Made by a program: the position numbers and the translations under genes | The notes under the pieces: generated by a model | Seen by the model: the letters and a program-made list of their open reading frames with translations, nothing else | The model's database searches: none | What the model was told of the DNA's origin: nothing | Assembly (NCBI GenBank): GCA_041492755.1 | Contig: JBGPXN010000106.1 | Coordinates: 1-14,896 of the forward strand | Direction: 5' to 3' | DNA: 14,896 nucleotides | DNA from: Candidatus Methylomirabilia bacterium | GTDB lineage: Bacteria; Methylomirabilota; Methylomirabilia; Rokubacteriales; CSP1-6 | Shown here: one piece after another, positions 1 through 9,650 of the stretch | Position numbering within the stretch: position 1 is the first letter of the stretch | Layout: every line of letters begins with the position of its first letter

Positions 1-70
1 CCCAGTTGAGCCCCCAGCTGCCGAGTAGCTTGGCGGCGAGAATGACCCAGAGCGCGATCCCGCCGATCAC
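1..70 (-). CDS. Possible membrane protein, N-terminus only (runs off the window edge)
   Basis: GTG at 70 opens (M)IGGIALWVILAAKLLGSWGLNW, a hydrophobic segment. A TAGCCT -10-like hexamer (82-77) lies 6 nt upstream. Not in the ORF track; only 23 codons are visible. Confidence 0.4.
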   Translation of the reverse strand, partial: MIGGIALWVILAAKLLGSWGLNW

Positions 71-406
71 GCGGATAGGCTAACCGACGCGCGGCGGGCG
101 CGTGCGAGGGAAATCGCGCCCGGCCGTCGAATTCGGGGGCCGAGCGCTCGCGACCTCAGTCGCCGCGGGCGTCGAGTGTCTTGCGAAGCACGACGCGATC
201 CACCCCCGGACCCGCATAGTCCCTGACCACCGGTATCCCGCCTGCATTCGGCACACCCTCGAGACGGAAACCCAGCCTCTGATGAAACCGGATCGACGGG
301 GAGTTTTCCGGGCTGGTGATGGCTTAGCGAAGACTCGAACGATCCGCCCGTGGGCGCTACGGCGCCGACCGTCCGAGCTCCGGCGACAACGCCGACGCGA
401 CCGCCC

Positions 407-415
407 TGATACGCT
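407..415 (+). promoter_or_regulatory. Putative extended -10 promoter element (TGaTACGCT) for a leaderless transcript of the RibD-like gene
   Basis: TG-n-TACGCT ends 7 nt before ATG 423, and no Shine-Dalgarno sequence lies in between. Confidence 0.45.
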
Positions 416-422
416 GGGCTCG

Positions 423-1289
423 ATGGCGAGGACGGCGGTAACCGCGATCAGGTGGAACCGCGAGGGTGAGACGCACTTTCCCTACGGTCGCGTCTCGCCC
501 GACCCCGCGCGCTGGACGCCCGTCGGTCTGCCACCGCCGTGGCGCGATCGCCCCTGGATCTTCGGTGTCATGGTCGCCTCCGCGAACGGCGTGGTCGCGT
601 GGCGCCGGCGCGGCCCTGACGACGATCCGATGCGGGCCATCCTCGGCGGCGGGCAGCGACCGGACCGGCTCGCGGACAAGCGTCAGATGCGCCTGCTCCG
701 CTCCTACGGTGATGCGGCCGTCGGGGCCCAGACGGTGCGCGATCAGCCGGGACTCGTCCTGACACCCCAGGAGGCCGGCGACGAGCCGGCACCCGAGCTC
801 TATCGGTTCCGCACGGAGCACGGATTGTCCTACCACCCGCGCAACGTCGTCTACTCGTTGTCCGGACGATTGCCGCTCGATCACCCGATGTTCAACGCGC
901 CGGACCTGCAACCGATCGCCGTCACCACCGACGTCGGGGCGGCCGAGCTCACACGCCGCGGCGCCGCCGCGCGCGGCGTGCCGCTGATCGTCGAGCCGCG
1001 GCTCGACCCGACGGGTCTCCGTCGGGCCCACCAGCGGCTTTTCGCCGAGTTCGGTGTCCGCTATCTTGCGTGCGAAGGCGGCGAAACGGTGTTGAACGCG
1101 CTCCGCGCCGCCGGACTGCTCGACGAGGTGTTTCTGACCGTGACCGACGTGGTGATCGACGAGTCGGCGCACGAGGGCGTGCTGAGAATCCACGACTTCC
1201 GCGCGGCCGGCGCCGAGCTCATCGGCGAGGGTAGGGTCGAGCCCGCCGGCGGCTACGTCTTTCAGCGCTGGCGACTGTCGCGCCGATAG
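423..1289 (+). CDS. RibD C-terminal domain / dihydrofolate reductase-family protein (pyrimidine reductase-like)
   Basis: Motifs MVASANG, VGAQTVRD and ACEGGETVLNALRAAGLLDEVFLTV match the RibD_C pattern (SxDG, GxxT, EGG...GLVDE). Start moved from 102 to ATG 423 because the upstream frame looks non-coding and a -10 box precedes 423. Confidence 0.75.
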   Translation: MARTAVTAIRWNREGETHFPYGRVSPDPARWTPVGLPPPWRDRPWIFGVMVASANGVVAWRRRGPDDDPMRAILGGGQRPDRLADKRQMRLLRSYGDAAVGAQTVRDQPGLVLTPQEAGDEPAPELYRFRTEHGLSYHPRNVVYSLSGRLPLDHPMFNAPDLQPIAVTTDVGAAELTRRGAAARGVPLIVEPRLDPTGLRRAHQRLFAEFGVRYLACEGGETVLNALRAAGLLDEVFLTVTDVVIDESAHEGVLRIHDFRAAGAELIGEGRVEPAGGYVFQRWRLSRR

Positions 1290-1303
1290 TCCGCGCGCGG
1301 CCG

Positions 1304-1337
1304 GACCGCCGCCGCGTTCGGCGCGCGCGCGGCGGTC
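1304..1337. terminator. GC-rich hairpin between convergent genes (possible bidirectional terminator or 3' stabiliser)
   Basis: GACCGCCGC (1304-1312) pairs with GCGGCGGTC (1329-1337), with an inner CGCG/CGCG pair. It lies between the stops at 1289 and 1344. No U-tract on either strand. Confidence 0.4.
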
Positions 1338-1343
1338 GATGCG

Positions 1344-2971
1344 TCAGGCGCGGTGGGCGAGGCGGCCGGCGATGCGGGCCGCGAGTCGTGCCGCCTGCGC
1401 GTTCGAGGGCATCACGATCACGCCCGCCGCCTGGAGTCGCTGGATCTGTCCGGCCTTGCCTTGCGAATCGGCGTCGGTCCCGCACACGCTCGCTACCATT
1501 GCCAGGGCGCGCCCGGCGATCCGTGCGTGGTCGCGCGCCGCCCCCAGCGCCGGGAGAACCTCGCCGACTGGATCGGGGTGCGCGCCGTAGCCGAGCACCA
1601 CGTCGAGCAGCAGGACGGCGGTCGCGGGTTCGGCCGCTTCGCGCGCGATCCATTCGCGACGCACGGTGCCGTCGATCATCGGATGCGGCCGCCCGACCGT
1701 GAACACGTCCTCCCCGAGATCGACGACGCGGTGGCCGTCGCCACCGCCGGTGAGCCCGGGCGCGACGCCACCGAGCCCGGCCGCGAGCAATGCCCGCGCC
1801 TCGCCGGCCAGGGTGCCGCCCGCGTAGATGCCGCGCACGTACCGCTGTCCGGGCGCCATCCCGCGCACGGCAGTCTCCACCAGGCGCTCGACGTCGTCCG
1901 CAGGAAGGTCGAATTCGATGCGGGTGGGCGTCGTCTTGCGCGCGAGCGCAACCGCGCCCCGCGCGGCGTCTTCGAGCGAGTCGGCCACGTGGACGCTGCC
2001 GCGACCCGTGCCGACGGCCGACCGCGCGTCACCGGCAGTGGTCCGTGTCCCGCCGGCCCCACCGCCCATGCCGGCGGCGCCGCCGACGAACGAAAGCACG
2101 CACGGCTTGCCCAGTGCGGCCGTCCACGCCGCGAGCCGCTCCGCCACCTTCGCGCCGGGCGGCTTGCCGACGACGCAGACCACCTCGGTGCCCGGGTCGG
2201 CGCCGAGAGCCGCCAGGGCTCGCTCCATCATGAGTCCGCCCACGGCATCCGAGAGATCCCGGCCGCCGACACCGATCGCGTGCGAGATGCCTTCCCCTCC
2301 CGCCACGACGTGGCAGGCCACTTCCTGAAGCCCGGTGCCCGACGCGGCGGCGATGCCGATGCGGCCGCGCGGCACCGCGTTGGCAAAGCCGAGCGGGACG
2401 CCGTCGATGATCGCGGTCCCGCAGTCGGGGCCCATGAGGAAGAGATCGCGCGCCGCCGCGAACCGTTTCAGCTCGATCTCGGTCTCGAGCGGCACGTTGT
2501 CGCTGAAGAGCATGACGTGCAGGCCGCGGCGCAAGGCCTTCAGCGCCTCGGCGCCGGCATAGAGTCCGGGCACGGACACGAAGGCGAGGGTGGTCTCCGG
2601 CACCACGCCCAATGCCGAATCGAGCGTGCGGGGCGCGGGCGCGGCCGCCGCGATGACGCCACTTCGCCTCGTCGAGCCGGTCACCGGTGCGGCGGGCGCG
2701 GTGAGCGCGGCGCGCGCGGCGGCCGCGGCCGCTTCGGCGGCGGCCGGATCGTCGGCGATCACCGCGATGACGAGGTCGTTGGCCGAGGCCCGAGCGCCGT
2801 CGGTCGTGAGCAGGCCCGCCTGCTCCAGGAGCGCTCGATTGGGTGGCGTCGCCATCATGGCGGCGGCGCGCGTGACGCCGGGCACGGACTCGAGGTCGCG
2901 CGTCAGCCGCATCAGCGTGACGGAGTCGTGGTACGCGCTCTTCCAGACGACGTTGTAGGTGGCCGCGATCG

Positions 2972-2975
<4 letters not shown>
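1344..2975 (-). CDS. fdrA: FdrA-family acyl-CoA synthetase (succinyl-CoA ligase alpha-like; oxamate-CoA ligase-like)
   Basis: N-terminal YHDSVTLMRL, then ISVPG-like FVSVPGLYA, LFSDNVP, MGPDCGTAII, GIAAASGTGLQEV, GVGGRDLS and GRPHPMID (phospho-His). GTG 2975 overlaps the ntrX stop (GTGA). Confidence 0.85.
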
Positions 2976-4330
<1,355 letters not shown>

Positions 4331-4331
4331 G

Positions 4332-6557
4332 TCACACCTCGACGGTGGCGGTGGCCCGCGACACCGGCAGCTCCATGATGAAGCGGGTGCCGTGCGGCAC
4401 GTTGTCCTCGACGCGCACCGAGCCGCCGTGCTCGGAGGCGATCTCCTGCACGATGGACAGGCCGAGCCCCATGCCCGCCGTCTTCGTGGAGAAGTATGGC
4501 TGGAAGAGCTTCTCGCGCGCTTCCGGACTGAGCCCGGGGCCGTTGTCGCTCACGATGAGGCAGACGCGCGCGTGGTGGCCCAGGTGGGCGAGCTCGACGT
4601 CGACGTCGCCGGCGCCGCCGACCGCTTCGACGGCGTTGTCGACGAGGTTGAGGATCGCGCGCTTGACGTGGTCGGGATCGACCTCCACCAGCGGCAGGTC
4701 TTCAGGATAGCGCGCGCCGATGCGCATGGCGGGATAGGACTCGCGGTACAGGCTGGTCACGCTCTCGACGAGCGGCCGCAGGTCGCTCGGACGTGGCGCC
4801 AGCGCGGGCATGCGCGCGAAGCGCGAGAACTCGTCGACCAGGCGTTTGAGCGCGTCCACTTCCTGGATGATCGTCTCGGTGCACTCGGCCACCAGCCGCT
4901 GCTCGTCGCCGGTGCGGGTCAGGCGCCGCTGCAGCCGCTGGGCGGAGAGCTGGATCGGCGTCAGGGGATTCTTGATCTCGTGCGCGATCCGCTGCGCGAC
5001 TTCGCGCCAGGCGGCCAGCCGTTGCGCCTTGAGCAGCTCGGTCAGGTCGTCGCAGACGAGCACGGCGCCCGCGTAGGTGCCGTCGGGGGCGCGGAGCGGG
5101 GTGGCCGACACCAGCAGCGACACCGTGATGCTGCCCCGGCGCAGGTGCAGCTCCTGTTCCAGGCGCGCGGCGCGGGTTCGGCGCACGCGCTGCACGAGGC
5201 TCTGGATCTCGCGCACGTCCGGGCCCGCGAAGACTTCGTCCAGCGGATGGCCCAGACTCCCCGATTCGTCGAGGTGGAACATGCGGGCGGCGGCCCGGTT
5301 CAGGGTGGTGAGCCGTCCTTGCGGATCCAGGGAGACGACGCCGGTGGCGATGGCCTCCATCACGGTCTCGATGTAGCGGCGCCGCTCCTCCAGCTCCGTG
5401 TGCTTGTCCTGGAGGTCGAGGTACGCCTCCTCCAGCGCGCGCTTGGATTCCGCGAGGTCGTCCGTCATGCGGTTGAAGGAATCGACGAGGGCGCCGATCT
5501 CGTCGTCGGCGCGCGCCTGGACCTTGTAGGCGAGGTTGCCGGCGGCGACTTCGCGCGTGCCCTCGGCGAGCTGCTCGATGGGCCCGGTGATGCCGCGGGC
5601 CAGGTAGAGACCGAACCAGGTGGAGGAGAACACGACGATGAGCGTGAGCAGCAGGAAGAGCAGTGTGTAGATACCCTTGATCGGCGTGCGCAGGAGCTTG
5701 AGCTGCTTGTACTCCTGGAACGCCGTCGAGATCCCCCGAACCTTGGCCTCCAGGCGCTCGGTCATGTGGCTGGCGACGACCACCACGCCGAGCACCACCC
5801 GGTTGCCCGCGGACGATCGGATCGGCGCCACCGCCTCGATCAGGTCGCCCGAGATCAGCTCGCGGATGGTGGTCACCTCCTGGCCGGCCAGGCCCTGGCG
5901 GATCTGTCCCTCGTTGACGTCGCGCGTGGGCATGTCCTTGAGCGCGGGGTCCTTGACGTGCACGAGCTCCTGGCCGTTGGCGCGGAAGACCGTGATCGCG
6001 CTGATCCCCAGTCGCTCCTGTTGCTCGACCAGATAGGCGACGAGGGTCTCCCGCCGCGCCTCGTCGAGCAGGCCGTCGCGATCGACCACGCGGGCCAGGT
6101 GCTGCGCGTGGCGGAGGGCCGTGGACTCGATGTTCTGGTAGTAGGCCTGGGCCACCGCCAGCGCCTGGTCGAGCGGCTTCTCGACCTGCGGCTTGAACCA
6201 GCCCTCGATCGACTTGTTGATGAAGTTGGACGCGATCACGAAGATCAGGAAGGCCGGGGCCAGCGCGAGCGACAGGAAGGCCAGGACCAGCTTCGTCTTG
6301 AACCGCGAGCCGATGACCTTCTGCCGGCGCTCGAACCAGAGCTTCACGAGGTTGCGGCAGAGCAGCACCAGCAGCAGCAGGAAGACGATGAGGTTCAGGT
6401 TGAAGAGCGCGAAGACCAGGATGTTGGAGGCGACCGGCAGGTCGGCCGGCGCCCGCAGCTCGAAGTTGAAGAGGGTGGCGAGGCCGACGAGCAGCAGGAA
6501 CGCCCCGATGACGACGAGGTTGCGCTTGCGACGTCCCTGCTCGGTGAGCAGCGGCAT
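4332..6557 (-). CDS. ntrY: NtrY-family membrane sensor histidine kinase (TM segments, HAMP, PAS, HisKA, HATPase)
   Basis: N-terminal TM helices, HAMP ([15 protein letters not shown]), [25 protein letters not shown]-box, and N/G boxes NLVDNA, DNGPG, GMGLGL. Start ATG 6557 overlaps the upstream TGA by 1 bp. Confidence 0.9.
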   Translation of the reverse strand: MPLLTEQGRRKRNLVVIGAFLLLVGLATLFNFELRAPADLPVASNILVFALFNLNLIVFLLLLVLLCRNLVKLWFERRQKVIGSRFKTKLVLAFLSLALAPAFLIFVIASNFINKSIEGWFKPQVEKPLDQALAVAQAYYQNIESTALRHAQHLARVVDRDGLLDEARRETLVAYLVEQQERLGISAITVFRANGQELVHVKDPALKDMPTRDVNEGQIRQGLAGQEVTTIRELISGDLIEAVAPIRSSAGNRVVLGVVVVASHMTERLEAKVRGISTAFQEYKQLKLLRTPIKGIYTLLFLLLTLIVVFSSTWFGLYLARGITGPIEQLAEGTREVAAGNLAYKVQARADDEIGALVDSFNRMTDDLAESKRALEEAYLDLQDKHTELEERRRYIETVMEAIATGVVSLDPQGRLTTLNRAAARMFHLDESGSLGHPLDEVFAGPDVREIQSLVQRVRRTRAARLEQELHLRRGSITVSLLVSATPLRAPDGTYAGAVLVCDDLTELLKAQRLAAWREVAQRIAHEIKNPLTPIQLSAQRLQRRLTRTGDEQRLVAECTETIIQEVDALKRLVDEFSRFARMPALAPRPSDLRPLVESVTSLYRESYPAMRIGARYPEDLPLVEVDPDHVKRAILNLVDNAVEAVGGAGDVDVELAHLGHHARVCLIVSDNGPGLSPEAREKLFQPYFSTKTAGMGLGLSIVQEIASEHGGSVRVEDNVPHGTRFIMELPVSRATATVEV

Positions 6558-7123
6558 CACTGCACCCGCACGATCGTCCGGAACTCGGACTGGCGCATCG
6601 CCTGCTCGGCCGTTCCCGCCATCCGCGACAGGAACGTGTTCTCGCCGTTGACCGACGTCTCCGCGTAGGCGCGGATGTAGATGACGTCGGCCGGATCGAG
6701 CGCGCCCTCGGGCGTCAGCTTGATGGCCCGGATCTCGGACAGCACCCGCTGGGCATCCCGGATGTCGCGCGTGGTGTGCACGCCCCGTGACTCGCCCTTG
6801 AGGAAGCTGACCCGGTACTCCTTGCTCACCACGTTGTAGGAGAGCTGGCGCTCGACCACGTAGGTCGTGAGCAGGCGGTCTCGCCACATGCGGTTGTATC
6901 GCCACAGCTCGACGGTGAAGCGCACGTGGGCGGGCAGACCACTCTGCAGACTTTCGTGGAAGGTCGGCGGCACTGTCCCCAGCGCCACCAGGTGCACCGT
7001 CACTTCATGATCGTTGAGGTAGACGTCGAGATCGTTGATCCGCAGCTCGGCCAGCGCTGGAGCACCGGTCGCGAAGATGAGCGCTACCAACAGGAATACG
7101 TGCCCGCGGCTCCAACGACGCAT
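6557..7123 (-). CDS. Exported DUF4390-like protein
   Basis: Signal peptide (ending ALA-E), LQSGLPAHVRFTVELWR and LSYNVVSKEYRV. DUF4390 genes typically precede ntrY-like kinases. Confidence 0.7.
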   Translation of the reverse strand: MRRWSRGHVFLLVALIFATGAPALAELRINDLDVYLNDHEVTVHLVALGTVPPTFHESLQSGLPAHVRFTVELWRYNRMWRDRLLTTYVVERQLSYNVVSKEYRVSFLKGESRGVHTTRDIRDAQRVLSEIRAIKLTPEGALDPADVIYIRAYAETSVNGENTFLSRMAGTAEQAMRQSEFRTIVRVQ

Positions 7124-7134
7124 AACGCCGCGCC

Positions 7135-7140
7135 ATTATA
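7135..7140 (-). promoter_or_regulatory. Consensus -10 box (TATAAT) for DUF4390-ntrYX-fdrA
   Basis: Perfect TATAAT in a very GC-rich context, 11 nt upstream of ATG 7123. Confidence 0.6.
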
Positions 7141-7157
7141 GCCCGCGCGCTGCTTTT

Positions 7158-7249
7158 GCCGGTTCGAGCGCCGGCTTTGCCGGCGCACTCTGTGTCCGTT
7201 CTCCCGGTGGGGGGGATCGGGGGGAGCGACCGCCGCTCCCCCCGATCTC
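7158..7249. repeat. Bipartite palindromic intergenic repeat, copy 1
   Basis: GCCGGTTCGA + hairpin GCGCCGGC-TTT-GCCGGCGC, TG7 at 7208-7215, and a 14-bp perfect stem GATCGGGGGGAGCG/CGCTCCCCCCGATC (7215-7247). Confidence 0.75.
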
Positions 7250-7257
7250 GTAATCCG

Positions 7258-8163
7258 CTAAACCGCCGGGGCGGGCAGGAGGCTGGACGCCGGGACGGGC
7301 GCTTCGGCGCGGGCCACGGCGGGCGCCCCGGCGGTTCGGCGCTCCAGGCCGAGGGCGCGCTGGATCGAGACGACGAGCTCGAAGTTCAGTGCGTGGCCGG
7401 CGTTGCGGGCGATCACGTGGCCGACGACCGGCCGGCCGAGCAGGGCGAGGTCGCCGATCAGGTCGAGAACCTTGTGCCGCACGAACTCGTCGCGATAGCG
7501 CAGGCCGTTGATGGCGCCGCGCTTACCGACCACGATGCAGTTCTCCATCGAGCCGCCGTGGGCGAGACCGTTGCGACGGAGCAGGCCAACGCTTTCGAGC
7601 AGCGCGTACGTCCGGGCCGGCGCGAACTGGTCCACGAACATCCGCTCGGTTGGCTCGCAGGTCAGGGCCTGGGTGCCGATGGCGGGATGGTCGTGGTCGA
7701 GCGTGTAGCTGATGCGGAACGTGTCGGACGGCACGATCTGGATCCACCGGTTACCGCTGCCGACGCGAATCGGGTACGGGATCGCAACGGGCCGACGGGG
7801 CGCCGACTGCTGGACGCGCCCGGCCGAGGTGAGCAGCGCCACGAACGGCTTCGCGCTGCCGTCGCCCGCCGGGATTTCCGACCCGTCGACGGCAACGCCG
7901 AGGTTGTCGATGGCGAGCCCGGCCGCGGCGGCGAGCAGGTGCTCAACGGTTTGAATACGCGTACCGTTGCGACCGATCGTGGTCGCGTAGTGGGAATCGA
8001 CCACGCTTTCCGGAGCCGCCGGGATCGGCTCGGCACTCTTGCCGACCTGGAAGACGATCCCCGAGTTGACCGGTGCGGGATTCAGCGTGACCCGGACCAG
8101 CTTGCCGGAGTGGAGGCCGACGCCTTGGATCGAGACCGGCTTCCGAATGGTGTGCTGGTGCAT
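7258..8163 (-). CDS. lpxC: UDP-3-O-acyl-N-acetylglucosamine deacetylase
   Basis: QHTI...GVGLHSG N-terminus, TVEHLLAA, DGSA, APARTY, FVRHKVLDLIGDL (HKxxD zinc motif) and GHALN. Confidence 0.95.
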   Translation of the reverse strand: MHQHTIRKPVSIQGVGLHSGKLVRVTLNPAPVNSGIVFQVGKSAEPIPAAPESVVDSHYATTIGRNGTRIQTVEHLLAAAAGLAIDNLGVAVDGSEIPAGDGSAKPFVALLTSAGRVQQSAPRRPVAIPYPIRVGSGNRWIQIVPSDTFRISYTLDHDHPAIGTQALTCEPTERMFVDQFAPARTYALLESVGLLRRNGLAHGGSMENCIVVGKRGAINGLRYRDEFVRHKVLDLIGDLALLGRPVVGHVIARNAGHALNFELVVSIQRALGLERRTAGAPAVARAEAPVPASSLLPAPAV

Positions 8164-8180
8164 TGCCGGTACACGCGATT

Positions 8181-8196
8181 AGCAACCCTGGTGCCA
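8181..8196 (-). promoter_or_regulatory. Sigma-54 (-24/-12) promoter of lpxC
   Basis: The minus strand reads TGGCACCAGGGTTGCT, an exact match to TGGCAC-N5-TTGCW, 17 nt upstream of the lpxC ATG. Confidence 0.8.
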
Positions 8197-8212
8197 CACC
8201 CGAAGAATGGTG

Positions 8213-8225
8213 TAAATAATTGAAT
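8213..8225 (-). promoter_or_regulatory. IHF-like binding site
   Basis: Minus strand ATTCAATTATTTA versus WATCAA-N4-TTR (one mismatch). An AT-rich island just upstream of the sigma-54 site, where IHF sites usually sit. Confidence 0.5.
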
Positions 8226-8270
8226 TCGCTTCCTGAGTCCAAGAAGACCTGAGTGCTCGTCCGCCGACAC

Positions 8271-8320
8271 TGTTGCGGCAACAACACACTTCCCCGGCCT
8301 CGTGTCTCATCGCGGCGACA
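8271..8320. promoter_or_regulatory. Candidate upstream activator (enhancer) sites
   Basis: Palindrome TGTTGC-G-GCAACA (8271-8283) and TGTC-N10-GACA (8303-8320), roughly 100-150 bp upstream of the inferred sigma-54 start. Confidence 0.35.
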
Positions 8321-8385
8321 GTTCGGGTCGCCGCGTCCGGCGCGACGCTCACGCGTCTGGGGTTCCCTCAGAGGGTGTGAGGGAA

Positions 8386-8458
8386 TTCGAGGGGCGCCAC
8401 GGCTTTGCCGGGGTGCCCCGAGCGTTGGGGGGGTGGGGGGCCATCTCGGGGCCCCCCA
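8386..8458. repeat. Bipartite palindromic intergenic repeat, copy 3 (divergent)
   Basis: TTCGAG + hairpin GGGGCGCCACGGC-TTT-GCCGGGGTGCCCC, TG7 at 8426-8433, and stem TGGGGGGCC/GGCCCCCCA (8434-8458). Confidence 0.65.
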
Positions 8459-8463
8459 TGTAC

Positions 8464-8889
8464 TCACACGTCGACGATGATCCGCACCTCCACTCGGTCC
8501 GACGTCTCGCTGATCGAGAGCCCGTGCAGCGTCACGGCCTTCACGACGGTGCCGAGATGGTGGCGCTTGGCGTCGAGCTCTTCGCCGGCGAGCAGGCCGA
8601 CCACGCGGCCGCCGCCGATGTCGAGCACGTCCACGCGGTGGGTGGCGAACCCCTCGATCTCGTGCACGTACAGGCACTCGGTGATCCAGGTCACGAGGAG
8701 TCGCTCCGGCGAATCCGCCTGCGCCCGTACCTCACGGATCTCGCGCGCCTCGACAGACGCCGGGTCGACGCTGACGGCCAGGACCCCGAGCGCGGCCTGG
8801 GCAAAGGCCGCCGCCCGCGTGGAGCCCCACGCGCGAACGCCGACGTCCGCTTCCACGTCGAAGAACTCGTAACCGGCGTCGCCGCTCAT
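8464..8889 (-). CDS. Archease family protein
   Basis: 141 aa with YEFFDVEADVGVRAWG at the N-terminus and VKAVTLHGL...IIVDV at the C-terminus, typical of archease. ATGA overlap with the rsmE stop. Confidence 0.85.
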   Translation of the reverse strand: MSGDAGYEFFDVEADVGVRAWGSTRAAAFAQAALGVLAVSVDPASVEAREIREVRAQADSPERLLVTWITECLYVHEIEGFATHRVDVLDIGGGRVVGLLAGEELDAKRHHLGTVVKAVTLHGLSISETSDRVEVRIIVDV

Positions 8890-9650
8890 CGGAGCGGAGC
8901 GCGCGCGGCGAGATCACCGAACCGGAACTGGAGGATCGCCACCACGGCCGGCCCCGCCGTCTCGCAGCGCAAGATGCGGGGACCGAGCCCGACCGGAACG
9001 AACCCGCGCGCGCGCGCGACGTCGACTTCCTCGCGGGCGAGCCCGCCCTCCGGACCCACGAGCACTTCCACGGCGCTCGGCGGCGTGGCCACGTCAGCGA
9101 CGACCTCACCGAGCGGTCGCGCCGCGCCCTCCCACAGGCAGAGGCGCAGCGTGCCTGCATCCGTGGTCGGGGCCGCGGCGAGCCAGTCGGCGAGGGGTTG
9201 AGGCGCGTGCACGTCCGGGACGACGGCCCGCCCGGATTGCTTGGCCGCTTCCTTCGCCACGCGCTGCCAGCGGCGCGCGCGCTCACGCCAGCGCGAGAGC
9301 TCGAGCCGCACCACCGTGCGCGACGTGATCACCGGCTGCACGCCGCGGAGGCCGAGCTCGGTCGCGGCGCGGACGATCTGCTCGATCTTGTCGCCCTTGG
9401 GGATGCCCTGGACGAGCGTGACCGCCAGCGGCGACTCCACGGCGCTCGTGCCCTGGCGCACGACCGTCCCCGTCGCCGTGTCCCCGATGGCTTCGACGCG
9501 CACGACGTACTCGTGCCCGTGGCCGTCGGCCACGACGACGAGCTGGCCCGGATCGAGCCGCAGCACGCGGACGAGATGGTGGGTCTCGTCGCGGTCGAAG
9601 ACCACGTGGCCGTCGCGGATGCGGTCAGGCGCGAGGGTGAAGCGACGCAT
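8886..9650 (-). CDS. rsmE: 16S rRNA m3U1498 methyltransferase
   Basis: MRRF start (ATG 9650), HHLVRVLRL, KGDKIEQIVRAATELG, EAAKQSGR, VGPEGGL and LGPRILRCETA SPOUT motifs. Confidence 0.93.
   Translation of the reverse strand: MRRFTLAPDRIRDGHVVFDRDETHHLVRVLRLDPGQLVVVADGHGHEYVVRVEAIGDTATGTVVRQGTSAVESPLAVTLVQGIPKGDKIEQIVRAATELGLRGVQPVITSRTVVRLELSRWRERARRWQRVAKEAAKQSGRAVVPDVHAPQPLADWLAAAPTTDAGTLRLCLWEGAARPLGEVVADVATPPSAVEVLVGPEGGLAREEVDVARARGFVPVGLGPRILRCETAGPAVVAILQFRFGDLAARAPLR

Noticed and set aside
266..310. Hammerhead-like words GAAA and CTGATGA
   Set aside because: Only 8 nt separate GAAA from CTGATGA, too few for stems III and I, and no GAAA follows a stem II. The core cannot be assembled.
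102..422. N-terminal extensions in the ORF track (here, and likewise for fdrA, ntrY, rsmE, grpE, hrcA)
   Set aside because: They overlap neighbouring genes or promoters and are Arg/Pro-rich non-coding-like translations; the family motifs begin at the later starts.
8251..8259. GAGTGCTCG resembling a CIRCE right half-site
   Set aside because: No TTAGCACTC-like left arm 9 nt upstream, and it is not at a heat-shock promoter.
8297..8306. GCCTCGTGTC also present on the minus strand of the 14623-14644 hairpin
   Set aside because: A single 10-nt match is expected by chance in 15 kb of GC-rich DNA.
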